64,000 nt of DNA from Nitrosopumilales archaeon (lineage in GTDB: Archaea > Thermoproteota > Nitrososphaeria > Nitrososphaerales > Nitrososphaeraceae). How positions within the stretch are numbered: the stretch's first letter is position 1; each line of letters opens with the position of its first letter. The notes under the pieces were generated by a model that was not told where the DNA came from, made no database searches, and was given only the letters and a program-made list of their open reading frames with translations. The DNA lies in NCBI GenBank assembly GCA_044507735.1, contig JBIQJB010000001.1, positions 96,001 through 160,000 of the forward strand, read 5' to 3'. Of the stretch, positions 1 to 9,724 are shown piece after piece. A program made the position numbers and the translations under genes.

Positions 1-2
1 AG

Positions 3-755
3 TCACCCTCTGATTCGCTCAAGATTCTTGGCGATTCGAAATGGACGATCCAAAGAATCGAGCAAGATTCTCAGGTCAAATTAGCCACGACAATATATGC
101 TGCAGAAGCTTTGATTGGAAACCCTGCTTCTCTTGATGTTACAGTCGAATATTCATCTAACGGGCAATCGAGCACCGAGACATTCACGCTAGGGACTTAT
201 GTTGCAGGCGAGATCAGCATAAAGGCATATGAAATAGGGGTGACTTACATAGGCGGCACCCCCAACATCATAGGCAACCTGCTAAACGAGGGCAATACTG
301 TTGCGCTCTTTACAACCGTCGAGCTGTTGCAGGCAGAGAATTTGGTATCGCATCTGCCACCGTCACAGTACCTGGGTGACCTTGAGAAGAACTCTCCCCT
401 TCCGTTCAGCATTCCGATCGCCGTTGACAGCAACGTCAGCGCAGGCACCTATCCAGTTGCACTGCGTATAACCTACAAGGATAACCTTCGGGATCTCCAC
501 GTCATGGACGTGAACACAGAAGTGCAATTTGTGCCAGAGCAGCGGGTAGACACATCTGCGCAGGACAATAGCGCTGCATTGCTGGTCCCTGTCAGCATAG
601 GAGTAATAGCCGCAGCTGCCGGGGGTGGAGCTATTGCATATAGGCGGAAGAAAAAGTCCGCTCTGAAACTCAGCTTGCAGGCCGGCAAGCAAGATGACAT
701 CGAGTCCGTACTTGATAGTCATAAGGGCAGCATCGGAAAAGACGATGGCAAATGA
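3..755 (+). CDS. 5'-truncated COG1361-like (S-layer domain) membrane-anchored protein accompanying ABC transporter
   Basis: Frame is open from base 3, so the gene starts before the window; beta-rich Ig-like repeats (YLGDL..., GTYPVALRITYKD), C-terminal TM helix plus RRKKK; overlaps permease start (ATGA). Confidence 0.7.
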   Translation, partial: SPSDSLKILGDSKWTIQRIEQDSQVKLATTIYAAEALIGNPASLDVTVEYSSNGQSSTETFTLGTYVAGEISIKAYEIGVTYIGGTPNIIGNLLNEGNTVALFTTVELLQAENLVSHLPPSQYLGDLEKNSPLPFSIPIAVDSNVSAGTYPVALRITYKDNLRDLHVMDVNTEVQFVPEQRVDTSAQDNSAALLVPVSIGVIAAAAGGGAIAYRRKKKSALKLSLQAGKQDDIESVLDSHKGSIGKDDGK

Positions 756-1999
756 GCATCCTGCAGGTCTTTTCGCTTTCATTTGACGCCCTTCGCGAAA
801 GAAAAACAAGATCTGCTCTCACTGTACTCATGGTTGTAGTGGGTAGCGCGCTGATGACTGCGCTCAACGGCCTTGGAGCAGGCTTTGGTGCCTTCATTGA
901 CGATCAGTTCAGTCAGCTTGCACCAAACATCATGTTTGTGACCAGCGCTCAACAAGAAAACACAGGGCCATTTGGCGGAGGCCCTCCACCTGCCCCCAAG
1001 ATCACACTCAACGATGTAGTCGTGAACAGGATAAACTCGCTTCCTTTCGTTGACGACGTCATACCGTCATATCAGGGGCGAGTGACACTGGAGTCAAGGG
1101 GAAGATCAGAGGGTGCAACTGTATTTTCAATAGATCCTCAAAAGCTCTATGTCATCGCGCCAACCATCAAATTCATCGAAGGCTCGTCCATCAGGCAGAA
1201 CGACCCATCGGCCATAATCCTGTCAGACCGCGTGGCTAACCCACCTGGAGATAATACTCCATTTGCAGTGCTAGGGCAGAGTATCCGGGTGACGTATTCA
1301 TTTGTGGATCCTGTCACTGGCAAGCAGGAGGAAAATTCAAAGAGCTTTGTGGTTAGCGCAATAATGGAACCCACCGGCAACCCGACCATAGACAACGCAG
1401 TTGTGTTCAACAGGATCTCCGGCAATGCTCTGCTTGAAAAAGCTGGCAGGTATGACGCCCTGCTGGTTGCTGCACAGTCAGGCGAGCACGTCGAAGTGGT
1501 GGAGCAAGAGATAAGGAAGCTTTATGGCAACAACATCGGAATCACCACGGCTACTGCCATCTTGGAGACCATCCAGGAATTCACCTCAGGCTTTACCTCG
1601 TTCATACTGAGCATCGCGCTCGTGGCCTTGCTCGTCGGGGGCGTAGGCATTATTACTACACTATATACTTCCGTGATGGAGAGAATCAGGGAAATCGGGA
1701 CAATGAAAGCAATCGGTGCCCAGAACAGCTTTATCCTTTCCCTCTTCCTGTCGGAAGCAGTGATGATCGGCATGTTTGGGGCGACCCTTGGCCTGCTGCT
1801 TGGGATCGCGGGTGGATATGTTCTGATCGCAGGGATTGCCGGACAGGATCCTGGTTCTGCTGGGCTTACACCTGTCTTCCTGCCCACTGACCTTGCAAGT
1901 GTATGGGTACTTTCTGTAGGGCTTTCAGTACTGGCTGGCAGCTATCCCGCGTGGAAGGCGTCTAGGATGCCTCCCATAATGGCCTTAAGAAGAGAGTAG
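752..1999 (+). CDS. ABC transporter permease, MacB/FtsX family
   Basis: N-terminal RKTRSALTVL TM, large extracellular domain, VGGVGIITTLYTSVMERIREIGTMKAIGA and YPAWKASRMPPIMALRRE motifs. Confidence 0.93.
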   Translation: MSILQVFSLSFDALRERKTRSALTVLMVVVGSALMTALNGLGAGFGAFIDDQFSQLAPNIMFVTSAQQENTGPFGGGPPPAPKITLNDVVVNRINSLPFVDDVIPSYQGRVTLESRGRSEGATVFSIDPQKLYVIAPTIKFIEGSSIRQNDPSAIILSDRVANPPGDNTPFAVLGQSIRVTYSFVDPVTGKQEENSKSFVVSAIMEPTGNPTIDNAVVFNRISGNALLEKAGRYDALLVAAQSGEHVEVVEQEIRKLYGNNIGITTATAILETIQEFTSGFTSFILSIALVALLVGGVGIITTLYTSVMERIREIGTMKAIGAQNSFILSLFLSEAVMIGMFGATLGLLLGIAGGYVLIAGIAGQDPGSAGLTPVFLPTDLASVWVLSVGLSVLAGSYPAWKASRMPPIMALRRE

Positions 2000-2271
2000 T
2001 AGTACTATCTCAATACGCAATCACAACGCTGGCGACTCTGAGGAGATCAGTCATGATCCGGTTCACAAGATCATGTTGTTCTTCCTTCTTTGCTCCTTCT
2101 CGCCTACAGGCCATCGCCGACCAACGGACATGATACTTTGTGTGCTGGAATATGGTAGCAATCTTGTTCCCGCATGAGTAGTTGGAATGATGCGGTTTGG
2201 TCGACGCGCCAAAATGATATGCTGCCAGTGACAACAGAAAGAAAGGGATGGGAAAAAGGAAGAAGAGGGTT

Positions 2272-3603
2272 TCAGACGTACCTGCTCAAAAACTCCAGTG
2301 TCTTCTCCCAAGCGTCAGCAGTTTCTTCCGGTGCATAGTTGTCCCCAGACGGGTTTGCGAAAGCATGGCCCACTCCTTCATAGATGTAGATTGCGTTTGT
2401 GATATTGTTCGCATTGAGCGCGGCTTTAAACTGATTTACAGTATCTACCGGGATCGACTGGTCCTCAGAGCCAAATACGCCTAGCACAGGCCACCGGATT
2501 TTTGACAGTTCTGTTTGATTTGTAACCAGATTGCCGTAGTAGATGACTGTCGCGGCTAGAGGCGTTTCCGTATTTAGGGCGAGCTGCAGCGATTGTCCGC
2601 CACCAAAGCACCATCCTAGCGATGCGATTCTTGAGCTGTTAACATTTGGCAGCGAGGCCACGTATTTTACAGCCTCATTAAGATTGTTGATGGCTTCCTC
2701 GGGGTTGTTCCTAACCGAGCTGGAAAGCTCCCTTGCACGGTCCGGCACAGATGCAACCTCTCCATTGTAGAGGTCTGCCGCAAAAACGACATAGCCTTCT
2801 GCTGCAAGCTTGTCTGCGGCATCTTTGATATGCTGATTCACACCCCACCACTCGTGAATTACTACTACTGCAGGTAGATTATTGGTTTGACCTGGCGGCT
2901 GCACCATATAGCCGGTCGCATTGCGATAATACTTGATATCTTCCCTTTCAAGCAATACGCGTGTTGTATCGTTGCCTCTTGAAGTCGCATTTCTCGAACT
3001 GTCGTCGTTCCTCGGCGTGTATTCCCGTATATCTGTAGTAGCGGCCGCCCTCGAACTCTCTGTCAACGTTCCATAGACCGGGCTCTGGCCAAAGTGCGCG
3101 TCTATTTTGTCAGGACCTATTAACATTGCCACCGCGGCACCATTCATTATCTTGATGGTGAGCGGCACTCCTGATACTGGGCCCTCCCGCATTGTGACGG
3201 TAGCCGTCCCTTCAAAGACATGTGTAGTATTCCCTTCCATTGAGATACTAGTCAGGGTAAAGTTGCTTATGCTGTGCCTGTGCATTGCAGTCCCGTCAAC
3301 TCCGACCATCGAGATCCTGACAACTAGATGGGCCGATGGCAGGTCAGACTCGGTCGTACCTTGCCTCAGGCGTAACGACCAATACCCTGATTCGATCCAT
3401 GTAGGATTGCCATCGGAGTCAAGCTGTACGTTAGCAATCGAGCCCGTTAGAATAATCGGGTCTCTGATGTGCATAGTCGTTGTTTGGGGCATTTGCGGCA
3501 TCTGTTGCGCATAGCTGCTGTTGCTGTTACTTCCCGCTAATGGAACGACGAGAAGAATTGTTGCTAGCAACATCGCTGCAAGAAATGTTGGACGCAAATT
3601 CAT
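2272..3603 (-). CDS. Exported two-domain protein with C-terminal dienelactone hydrolase domain
   Basis: Signal peptide; C-terminal VVVIHEWWG, GWCFGG nucleophile elbow, EDQSIP and GVGHAFAN motifs. Confidence 0.88.
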   Translation of the reverse strand: MNLRPTFLAAMLLATILLVVPLAGSNSNSSYAQQMPQMPQTTTMHIRDPIILTGSIANVQLDSDGNPTWIESGYWSLRLRQGTTESDLPSAHLVVRISMVGVDGTAMHRHSISNFTLTSISMEGNTTHVFEGTATVTMREGPVSGVPLTIKIMNGAAVAMLIGPDKIDAHFGQSPVYGTLTESSRAAATTDIREYTPRNDDSSRNATSRGNDTTRVLLEREDIKYYRNATGYMVQPPGQTNNLPAVVVIHEWWGVNQHIKDAADKLAAEGYVVFAADLYNGEVASVPDRARELSSSVRNNPEEAINNLNEAVKYVASLPNVNSSRIASLGWCFGGGQSLQLALNTETPLAATVIYYGNLVTNQTELSKIRWPVLGVFGSEDQSIPVDTVNQFKAALNANNITNAIYIYEGVGHAFANPSGDNYAPEETADAWEKTLEFLSRYV

Positions 3604-3767
3604 GATCTTTTCTTGAGATATTGATCGCTAAAAAATTTTGTAGTCGCCAGTACTAGTAAATAGTTCACTAAAATAGTTACTGAAGTTAGAGGAGGACAAA
3701 AAAGAGAAAAAGCGGGCGTCTGGCCAACGATAGGCCAGACTCTGTGAGTCGAAACCCTTCTCCCAGT

Positions 3768-4331
3768 TTATGGGATGGACCTGCTGTACAGCTTGCCTTC
3801 GAGCGCTAGCTTGTACATCTCAGCCACATACGGGTTCTTCGCAGGTGTTTCTGCACCCAGTTCGACGAGCCTGGCGTATACTCTGACTACGTATGCCAGA
3901 GCGCCCATGAATGCCACGACGACACCCATGTTGAACATCCAGTGGTTGGGAACTGCAAAGATTTCTTCGACAAACCAGAAGTGCCACAGCTCATTGACAC
4001 CGATTGTGAACATCGTGGCCAGGTAGCCAAGGATGGTCAGCTTCAGACCGGTGTTCATAGAGTTGCCAGGTCCGCGGAGTATGGGTACCCTTCTGTCGTA
4101 CATTGCGACAAAGCCCCAACCAAGCGGGAGAGCTACGAAGTGGCTGTATAGCCACCAGTGGGCCGGAGTAAATGCAGAATCGCGTATGGTTGTCTGGTGC
4201 AGCGAGCCGTCGACAAAGTTGTCGACCTCTACTGAGGCTGCGATTGAACCCAGCATGATGACCATGATGTAGATCTTTTTCAGTCTTTGGATCTCGACTT
4301 CCTTTGGTATCAGTGCTGGCATCTGCGCCAT
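3768..4331 (-). CDS. amoC: Ammonia monooxygenase subunit C
   Basis: MAQMPALIPKEVEIQRLKK start; DNFVDGSLHQ, FTPAHWWLYSHF and NELWHFWFVEEIF motifs of archaeal AmoC. Confidence 0.98.
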   Translation of the reverse strand: MAQMPALIPKEVEIQRLKKIYIMVIMLGSIAASVEVDNFVDGSLHQTTIRDSAFTPAHWWLYSHFVALPLGWGFVAMYDRRVPILRGPGNSMNTGLKLTILGYLATMFTIGVNELWHFWFVEEIFAVPNHWMFNMGVVVAFMGALAYVVRVYARLVELGAETPAKNPYVAEMYKLALEGKLYSRSIP

Positions 4332-4350
4332 GATTTACCTAGTCCATGAA

Positions 4351-4361
4351 GTAGTATATTA
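4351..4361 (-). promoter_or_regulatory. Probable amoC TATA-box element TAATATACTAC
   Basis: 19 nt upstream of the ATG; identical 11-mer at the same spacing before amoA. Confidence 0.7.
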
Positions 4362-4679
4362 GTCTGTATTTCAAATTATGACATGCAGGAATCTAATACT
4401 GATATGAGGCGGTCAGAAAACATATAAAATATGAATGAAATAGGAGACAAATGCTTCTGAATTATGCACACATGGCGCTAGGCATGAATGCTTAGCATAA
4501 ATGATAATCACCATAGGTTCCATGAAATTAGAGGCAGCTCAGTCAAATGCCTTCTCTTCACAACGTCAGGATTAACTCTGAGTCTTCACTGCTGCCGCAC
4601 TAGACTGGGCTTTTCGCATTAATTAATTCTTTCAAACAGGGGGATGGGAAGGCTGGAGCCGCTTTGAAATACGTGCGTT

Positions 4680-5432
4680 TCATGTCTGTTCCAGGAATGG
4701 CTTGTAGCGCTCTACGAGCTCGACCAAGGGGAAGCGCTTCCTGCCCACAATCTTGATGTCAACTCTCGGCTTCTTGCCTTTTTCAATTTCAATTATGTTG
4801 TAGCAGTTTTCAAAGAATCCTCGGAACCTTGTGGAAGATGTCGTGCCGGCATATGCTATTTCTAACCTTCCAAGCTTCCAGACCCATGGTCGATGCTTGT
4901 GTCCGCAAAGTACCAGATCGACTCCTGACTGCAGACATGTGCGCAGGGTATCACCGGCGTCCAAGATGATGATCTTGTCGGTACCTGTATCGGGAATGCC
5001 GATTAAATGATGGTGCATTGCAATTATCTTGGACTTTGTCTCTGGGTACTTGGTCAGGGTCTTTTCCATCCAAAGATTCTGTCTGTAGCCGACTTCGCCC
5101 TCGTCTCTGTCAGGCCTTGCTGTACCAAGAGTCATAATGACCGCATCGTCGAACTCGTAGATCTGCTTTGACGGAAAGAACTTTTTGAACAGCAAATAGC
5201 CTGTATGCCTATAGTCGTGGTTGCCGGCGACGACAATGATATTCGGACAGGTAAATCGCTTGAGCTCGTTCCTTGCCTTTTCAAACTGGAATAGCAGGCC
5301 ATCGTCCGTCAGGTCGCCTGTTACAATTATCGCATCGGGATTCAGCCTGTTGACCTCGTCGACAACTGCATCAAAGACGCTTTGCACAAAGAGGCCGCCG
5401 ATATGAATGTCTGAGAGATGGACTATTTTCAA
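4680..5432 (-). CDS. Metallophosphoesterase (calcineurin-like, Icc/CpdA type)
   Basis: HLSDIH, TGDLT, GNHD, HHH and GHKH motifs; start moved to TTG at 5432 (LKIVHLSD) to avoid overlap with the divergent gene. Confidence 0.9.
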   Translation of the reverse strand: MKIVHLSDIHIGGLFVQSVFDAVVDEVNRLNPDAIIVTGDLTDDGLLFQFEKARNELKRFTCPNIIVVAGNHDYRHTGYLLFKKFFPSKQIYEFDDAVIMTLGTARPDRDEGEVGYRQNLWMEKTLTKYPETKSKIIAMHHHLIGIPDTGTDKIIILDAGDTLRTCLQSGVDLVLCGHKHRPWVWKLGRLEIAYAGTTSSTRFRGFFENCYNIIEIEKGKKPRVDIKIVGRKRFPLVELVERYKPFLEQT

Positions 5433-5521
5433 CGCGTTAAATCCGCACTCAGAATTATTTAACAATGCGTGCGCAAAGCAATAATAAAGCCTTGGCCTGC
5501 CCCTACTGCAGGCAAGGAAAA

Positions 5522-6100
5522 TTGCCAAAGCGCAAGAGAAAGGAGGAAAAGCCTCAGAAAAAGCTGGGCAAGAAGGAGTTGCTCATTGCTCCAATTGCAA
5601 TGGGAGCGGCTACCCTTATTGCACTTGTAATAATCCCTTCGCTTGCGCCACCTCCAGAGCCATGGAGCGTCTGCCTAAAGCCAGGGCAACACAATATCGA
5701 AAGCTTCCAGCTTCATCCAAGAATCGAAGTGGTTGTCGACGGCAATCCCATGCTGCTGCCAGATACTGTTGGCAAGCAGCCAAAGGATGGCCAGGAATGT
5801 ACCCGTCCAATCCATACTGACGAGGTGGGCAACGTTGTACACATAGAATACATCAGGCCAGTAAGGCTGACACTTGGAGACTTTATGAGGATCTATAATG
5901 TCACTAACACCCTGACGGTAGTTGACAACTCGACAGGTACGGATGTGGAACGAACCCTTGATCTCCAGAATTACGACATTGAATATTCCTACTATTCAGA
6001 AGCTGGTGAGTTCACCAAGGTTGCCAAACCTTCCGATGTTCCTCCATTTCCGTCAAACAATGAGATGGTGGCTCGTATTCAGTTGACCTCGAAGCAATAG
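5522..6100 (+). CDS. Membrane-anchored hypothetical protein
   Basis: Basic N-terminus plus TM helix; C..HP..CTRPIHT..VHIE motif; likely TTG start at 5522. Confidence 0.7.
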   Translation: MPKRKRKEEKPQKKLGKKELLIAPIAMGAATLIALVIIPSLAPPPEPWSVCLKPGQHNIESFQLHPRIEVVVDGNPMLLPDTVGKQPKDGQECTRPIHTDEVGNVVHIEYIRPVRLTLGDFMRIYNVTNTLTVVDNSTGTDVERTLDLQNYDIEYSYYSEAGEFTKVAKPSDVPPFPSNNEMVARIQLTSKQ

Positions 6101-6133
6101 AATAAATAGCTAGAAAAGTGCGGCTTCTCTGAT

Positions 6134-7159
6134 TTGGCTACCAAGACAGCAGTGGTAATCAGAGGCGACGGCACAGGTCCTGAGCTTGTAGATGCAATGA
6201 TAAAGGTATTGAAGGCTTGCAATTCTAAAGTTGAGCTGGTTCCATGTGACGCAGGGTCAGAATGGTGGGAAAAGAACGGAGGCAACTCCTATATCTCGCC
6301 AGAGGTGTGGGAGCTTCTCGAAAAATCCGACGCCTGTTTCAAGGGCCCGACAACAACAGTACCGGTGCCAAATGCGCCACGGAGCGTGGCGGTGAGCATT
6401 CGCCAAAAGTTTGAGCTGTTTGCAAACATCAGACCGATCAAGACCTACAAGAACGCAGAAAAACAGCTTGACTTTGTATGCGTGCGTGAAGCCACAGAAG
6501 GTCTGTATGCAGGGATAGAATTCAAGACCAGCGATGAATCCGCTATTGCGATACGCAAGACTACCAAGAAGGGCTGTGATCGTGTAGCCAAGGCAGGGTT
6601 TGAGGTAGCCAAAAAGAGGGGCTTTGACAAGGTCTATGCCATCACAAAACGCAACATCCTCAAAGAGACAGACGGCATATTCTGGACTGCAGTAGAGAAT
6701 GCGCAAAAGCAGTTCAAGAACATCCAGGTTGAGGAGTACTATATCGACAACATGACGCAACAATTGGTAAAGAACCCTGAAAGGTTCAACAAGAGCGTCC
6801 TCTTGAGCACCAACCTTTTCATGGATATTGTATCGGAATGCGCTTCTGGCCACGTGGGCTCAATTGGCAACGTCTACTCTGGCAATTATGGCGAAGAGTA
6901 TGCGATGTTTGAGCCAGCACACGGTAGTGCACCAAAGTATGCTGGCCAGAATAAGGTCAACCCCGTAGCTACCATACTGTCGGGAGCGTGGATGGTTGAA
7001 TATCTTGGAGAAAAGCAGATCTCGGACGCGATATTCAAGGCCACCGAAGACGTGATCAATGAAAACAAGTACGTGACGTATGACCTAGGCGGCAAAGCGA
7101 CGCTATCGCAGATGGCTGACCAGATTGCAGCGCGTGCAAGCAAGCTGCTGAAGAAGTGA
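6134..7159 (+). CDS. Isocitrate/isopropylmalate dehydrogenase family protein
   Basis: GDGTGPE, REATEGLY, TKRNILK, NLFMDI and FEPAHGSAPKYAG motifs. Confidence 0.93.
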   Translation: MATKTAVVIRGDGTGPELVDAMIKVLKACNSKVELVPCDAGSEWWEKNGGNSYISPEVWELLEKSDACFKGPTTTVPVPNAPRSVAVSIRQKFELFANIRPIKTYKNAEKQLDFVCVREATEGLYAGIEFKTSDESAIAIRKTTKKGCDRVAKAGFEVAKKRGFDKVYAITKRNILKETDGIFWTAVENAQKQFKNIQVEEYYIDNMTQQLVKNPERFNKSVLLSTNLFMDIVSECASGHVGSIGNVYSGNYGEEYAMFEPAHGSAPKYAGQNKVNPVATILSGAWMVEYLGEKQISDAIFKATEDVINENKYVTYDLGGKATLSQMADQIAARASKLLKK

Positions 7160-7166
7160 CGCCAAC

Positions 7167-7676
7167 CTAGCTCAGTTCAACAACCGAAAGCGTCTCATAA
7201 AACAGCCTTTTTTCCTTTACCACTTTCTTGACCATCTTTTTCTCTCCTATCAGTTTGTCAAGGGCCGCCGAGTTCGCCAGCGACGAGACAACAAACAGCA
7301 TTTTGCCTCCACGGGCAAGCAAGGGTAATGCGGATTCGATAAAGTGGATTGTGGTCTCAATGCCCTGCGGCCCTCCGTGAACCGTCGAGTCTCGGACACT
7401 GTCGTCGGGCAGATATGGCGGGTTGCTCACTATCAGGTCGAATCTTCTTCCGGTGAACGCCGAGGCCGCGTCGCAGCAAACAAGCATCGCGTCTGATCTG
7501 CCGCGGCAGTATTGTAGCGCCTGCAAGTCTATATCAGATCCTGCAACATGTTCAAACCCTTTTTCAAGCAGGTTGAGGAGAACGCCAGATCCTATTCCGA
7601 TTTCGAGCGCCCACCTGCCGCTGTACTGCTTTATGCATTCGGCCAGCAGAAAACTGTCATCGGACGGTACGTACAT
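7167..7676 (-). CDS. HemK2/MTQ2-type SAM-dependent methyltransferase
   Basis: YVPSDDSFLL, LEIGIGSG, SNPPYLP motifs. Confidence 0.88.
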   Translation of the reverse strand: MYVPSDDSFLLAECIKQYSGRWALEIGIGSGVLLNLLEKGFEHVAGSDIDLQALQYCRGRSDAMLVCCDAASAFTGRRFDLIVSNPPYLPDDSVRDSTVHGGPQGIETTIHFIESALPLLARGGKMLFVVSSLANSAALDKLIGEKKMVKKVVKEKRLFYETLSVVELS

Positions 7677-7683
7677 TTTCGCA

Positions 7684-8400
7684 TCATCTCATCTCTTCTG
7701 CCACCCTGACAACATCTGCGGGCGGAAGCTGGTCTATCCGCTTGTCTCCAAAATCTGCCTTGATGCTGCTGGCGTTGGCGACGACTGTCGAAGCTCTCTT
7801 GTTCCTTTTTGAGAAAAGGAAATTGAGGTTCCTTATTGTTTTCATTGTCACTGTATTGACAGGAGTTACCCTGATGACCGCAGATTCTACCCTTGGCTGC
7901 GGCTCAAACGATTGCCTTTCTACTTTGAACAACTTTTCAATGGAAAAGCAGTGCGCGGCCAGCGCTGAAATAGCTCGATAGTTTTCGCTGCCGGGCTTTG
8001 CAACAAGCTTGTCTGCAAATTCCTGCTGAACCATCACTATTGCCCTGTCGAACTCTTGTGTCGCAAGCCATTCAAAGGCATCCCTGCTACGCGAATAGGG
8101 GAGGTTTGAAGCAAATACGTCAAATTCAATGCCTGTTTTCTTGAACAGGTCGGCATTTACAAGCTCTAGATTCTGGAACTGTAGCTGCGATCTTGCTTGA
8201 TTGTACAGCTTTTTGTCAATTTCATATGAAACTACTTTCCTTGCAGCCTTGCAAAGCTCTGCCGTGAGGATCCCGCGCCCGGTGCCTGCCTCAAGGACCA
8301 CCTCTCCGCTGCCTATCTTGGCAGCATTCATGATGCTGGCAAGGATTCTCCTGTCAACAAGCATGTGCTGGCCAAGCGAATGGGTGGTGATCCTTGGCAA
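7684..8400 (-). CDS. rsmA: 16S rRNA dimethyladenosine transferase
   Basis: LGQHML, LEAGTGRG, SNLPY, MVQQEFA, FEPQPRVESAV motifs. Confidence 0.9.
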   Translation of the reverse strand: MPRITTHSLGQHMLVDRRILASIMNAAKIGSGEVVLEAGTGRGILTAELCKAARKVVSYEIDKKLYNQARSQLQFQNLELVNADLFKKTGIEFDVFASNLPYSRSRDAFEWLATQEFDRAIVMVQQEFADKLVAKPGSENYRAISALAAHCFSIEKLFKVERQSFEPQPRVESAVIRVTPVNTVTMKTIRNLNFLFSKRNKRASTVVANASSIKADFGDKRIDQLPPADVVRVAEEMR

Positions 8401-9012
8401 CTACTTTCGCACAAAAAGGTTCATTCTGGCCTGCCCCATTATCTCCTCGATTATCCTCTTTGACACAAGCTTGGCAGGATCTCGAAGTCCTACTCTGTTC
8501 TGCAGGTCTGCAAAGTTCTCGAATTTCTTCTTGTCTCTTTCTTTGATTATCGTCATCATGTATGTCTTGCCGATGCCCGGAATGAGCTCTAGCGCATGAA
8601 TCCTTGGAGTTATTGGCTGCGCCATATTGATGTATTCTACAAACCGCTTTTCGTTTGCAACCACAATTTTTTCGACAATGTTTGGCAGCTCATTCTTTGC
8701 CGCCTGCGAAATGTCGTTGTATTCTAGCCTTCCAAGGACACTTGCAACCTTGTCGCGGCCTTCACGTCCAATGTACAATCGTTCGCCAAGCTCCACCGTC
8801 GCATTTTGTACACCCAACAGCTCAAGCAGAGTCAGGCGCTCCTCGCCTATGGCCTGAATTATGACGCCCTCTCTGCCCCTTACAGTTACTGATTTGCCTC
8901 TTGGGGTATAGTCGAGGACGTAGGCGTACTCTTCATATCTCTTGGGCTGTCCATGATCTGCGGCATGAGCAGATGATGCCGCATCGGGTGTAGACGGTGG
9001 TTGTCCTGACAA
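8401..9012 (-). CDS. DUF655 family putative RNA-binding protein
   Basis: EEYAYVLDY, QAIGE, RIHALELIPGIGK HhH; conserved archaeal rpl21e-rpo4-DUF655-ksgA order. Confidence 0.9.
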   Translation of the reverse strand: MSGQPPSTPDAASSAHAADHGQPKRYEEYAYVLDYTPRGKSVTVRGREGVIIQAIGEERLTLLELLGVQNATVELGERLYIGREGRDKVASVLGRLEYNDISQAAKNELPNIVEKIVVANEKRFVEYINMAQPITPRIHALELIPGIGKTYMMTIIKERDKKKFENFADLQNRVGLRDPAKLVSKRIIEEIMGQARMNLFVRK

Positions 9013-9042
9013 TGTTCAATCACTATATACGAGAGTGGGTAT

Positions 9043-9375
9043 TTAACTTTGGGTGCCATCCTTGAGGATATTCAGCATTTTGTCCAGCGTTTCTGTGAGG
9101 ATCAGCTTTTTCCACCCAAAGGTAAAGGCTCTCAGTTCTTCGAGCGACACGGGCATGATGTTGACCACTTCGACAGCCTCTTCCTCGGTTAGGTCGCACT
9201 CATCTACGAGCCTGCGCACCATCTTTTGGGCGGTCTTTGAATCTACTTTGGCAAACTTGGTGACATAATCGGCAGTCCAGCGTTGGATCTGGTCCATGTC
9301 GTCGGGCTTGACCGACTCCAAGATTTCCTTAACATGGGGAAGTGTGATTATCTCTTTCTTGATTATATCAGTCAT
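9043..9375 (-). CDS. rpo4: RNA polymerase subunit Rpo4 (RpoF)
   Basis: ITLPHVKEIL, QRWTADYVTKFAK, VNIMPVSLEELR; synteny with rpl21e. Confidence 0.9.
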   Translation of the reverse strand: MTDIIKKEIITLPHVKEILESVKPDDMDQIQRWTADYVTKFAKVDSKTAQKMVRRLVDECDLTEEEAVEVVNIMPVSLEELRAFTFGWKKLILTETLDKMLNILKDGTQS

Positions 9376-9692
9376 TGGCTATTGGCACCTGCCGTCGGCA
9401 TTTCTGCCATGCCCGCAAGCGGCTTGACGTGGTTAAAGCGGGTCTGGAGTATTTTCTTCTTGTCGCCAAACATCACGGCAACTCTCAGGGTGCGCCTGCC
9501 AACTCCTTCCACAACGCCTATCCTGCCATGGAATCGCCTGTGAGGGGTGGTGTTGTGTTCTCTTGGGTCAATGTCTACAACAACCTTGTCTCCAACCTTA
9601 TAATCGTGAAGCAGATATGATATTCCCCTGACCACATTGCCCTTCGTCAGGATGGAGCGAGCCTTTCTTCTAGTACCGTGTGAACGTGGCAT
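9372..9692 (-). CDS. rpl21e: 50S ribosomal protein L21e
   Basis: SHGTRRKAR and PHRRFHGRIG motifs. Confidence 0.95.
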   Translation of the reverse strand: MPRSHGTRRKARSILTKGNVVRGISYLLHDYKVGDKVVVDIDPREHNTTPHRRFHGRIGVVEGVGRRTLRVAVMFGDKKKILQTRFNHVKPLAGMAEMPTAGANSQ

Positions 9693-9724
9693 AGCAAGCC
9701 GGTGTCACCAGCCATAATTTAATA

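Noticed and set aside
2010-2270. Short ORFs between the permease and the hydrolase
   Set aside because: Overlapping, no motifs; likely spurious
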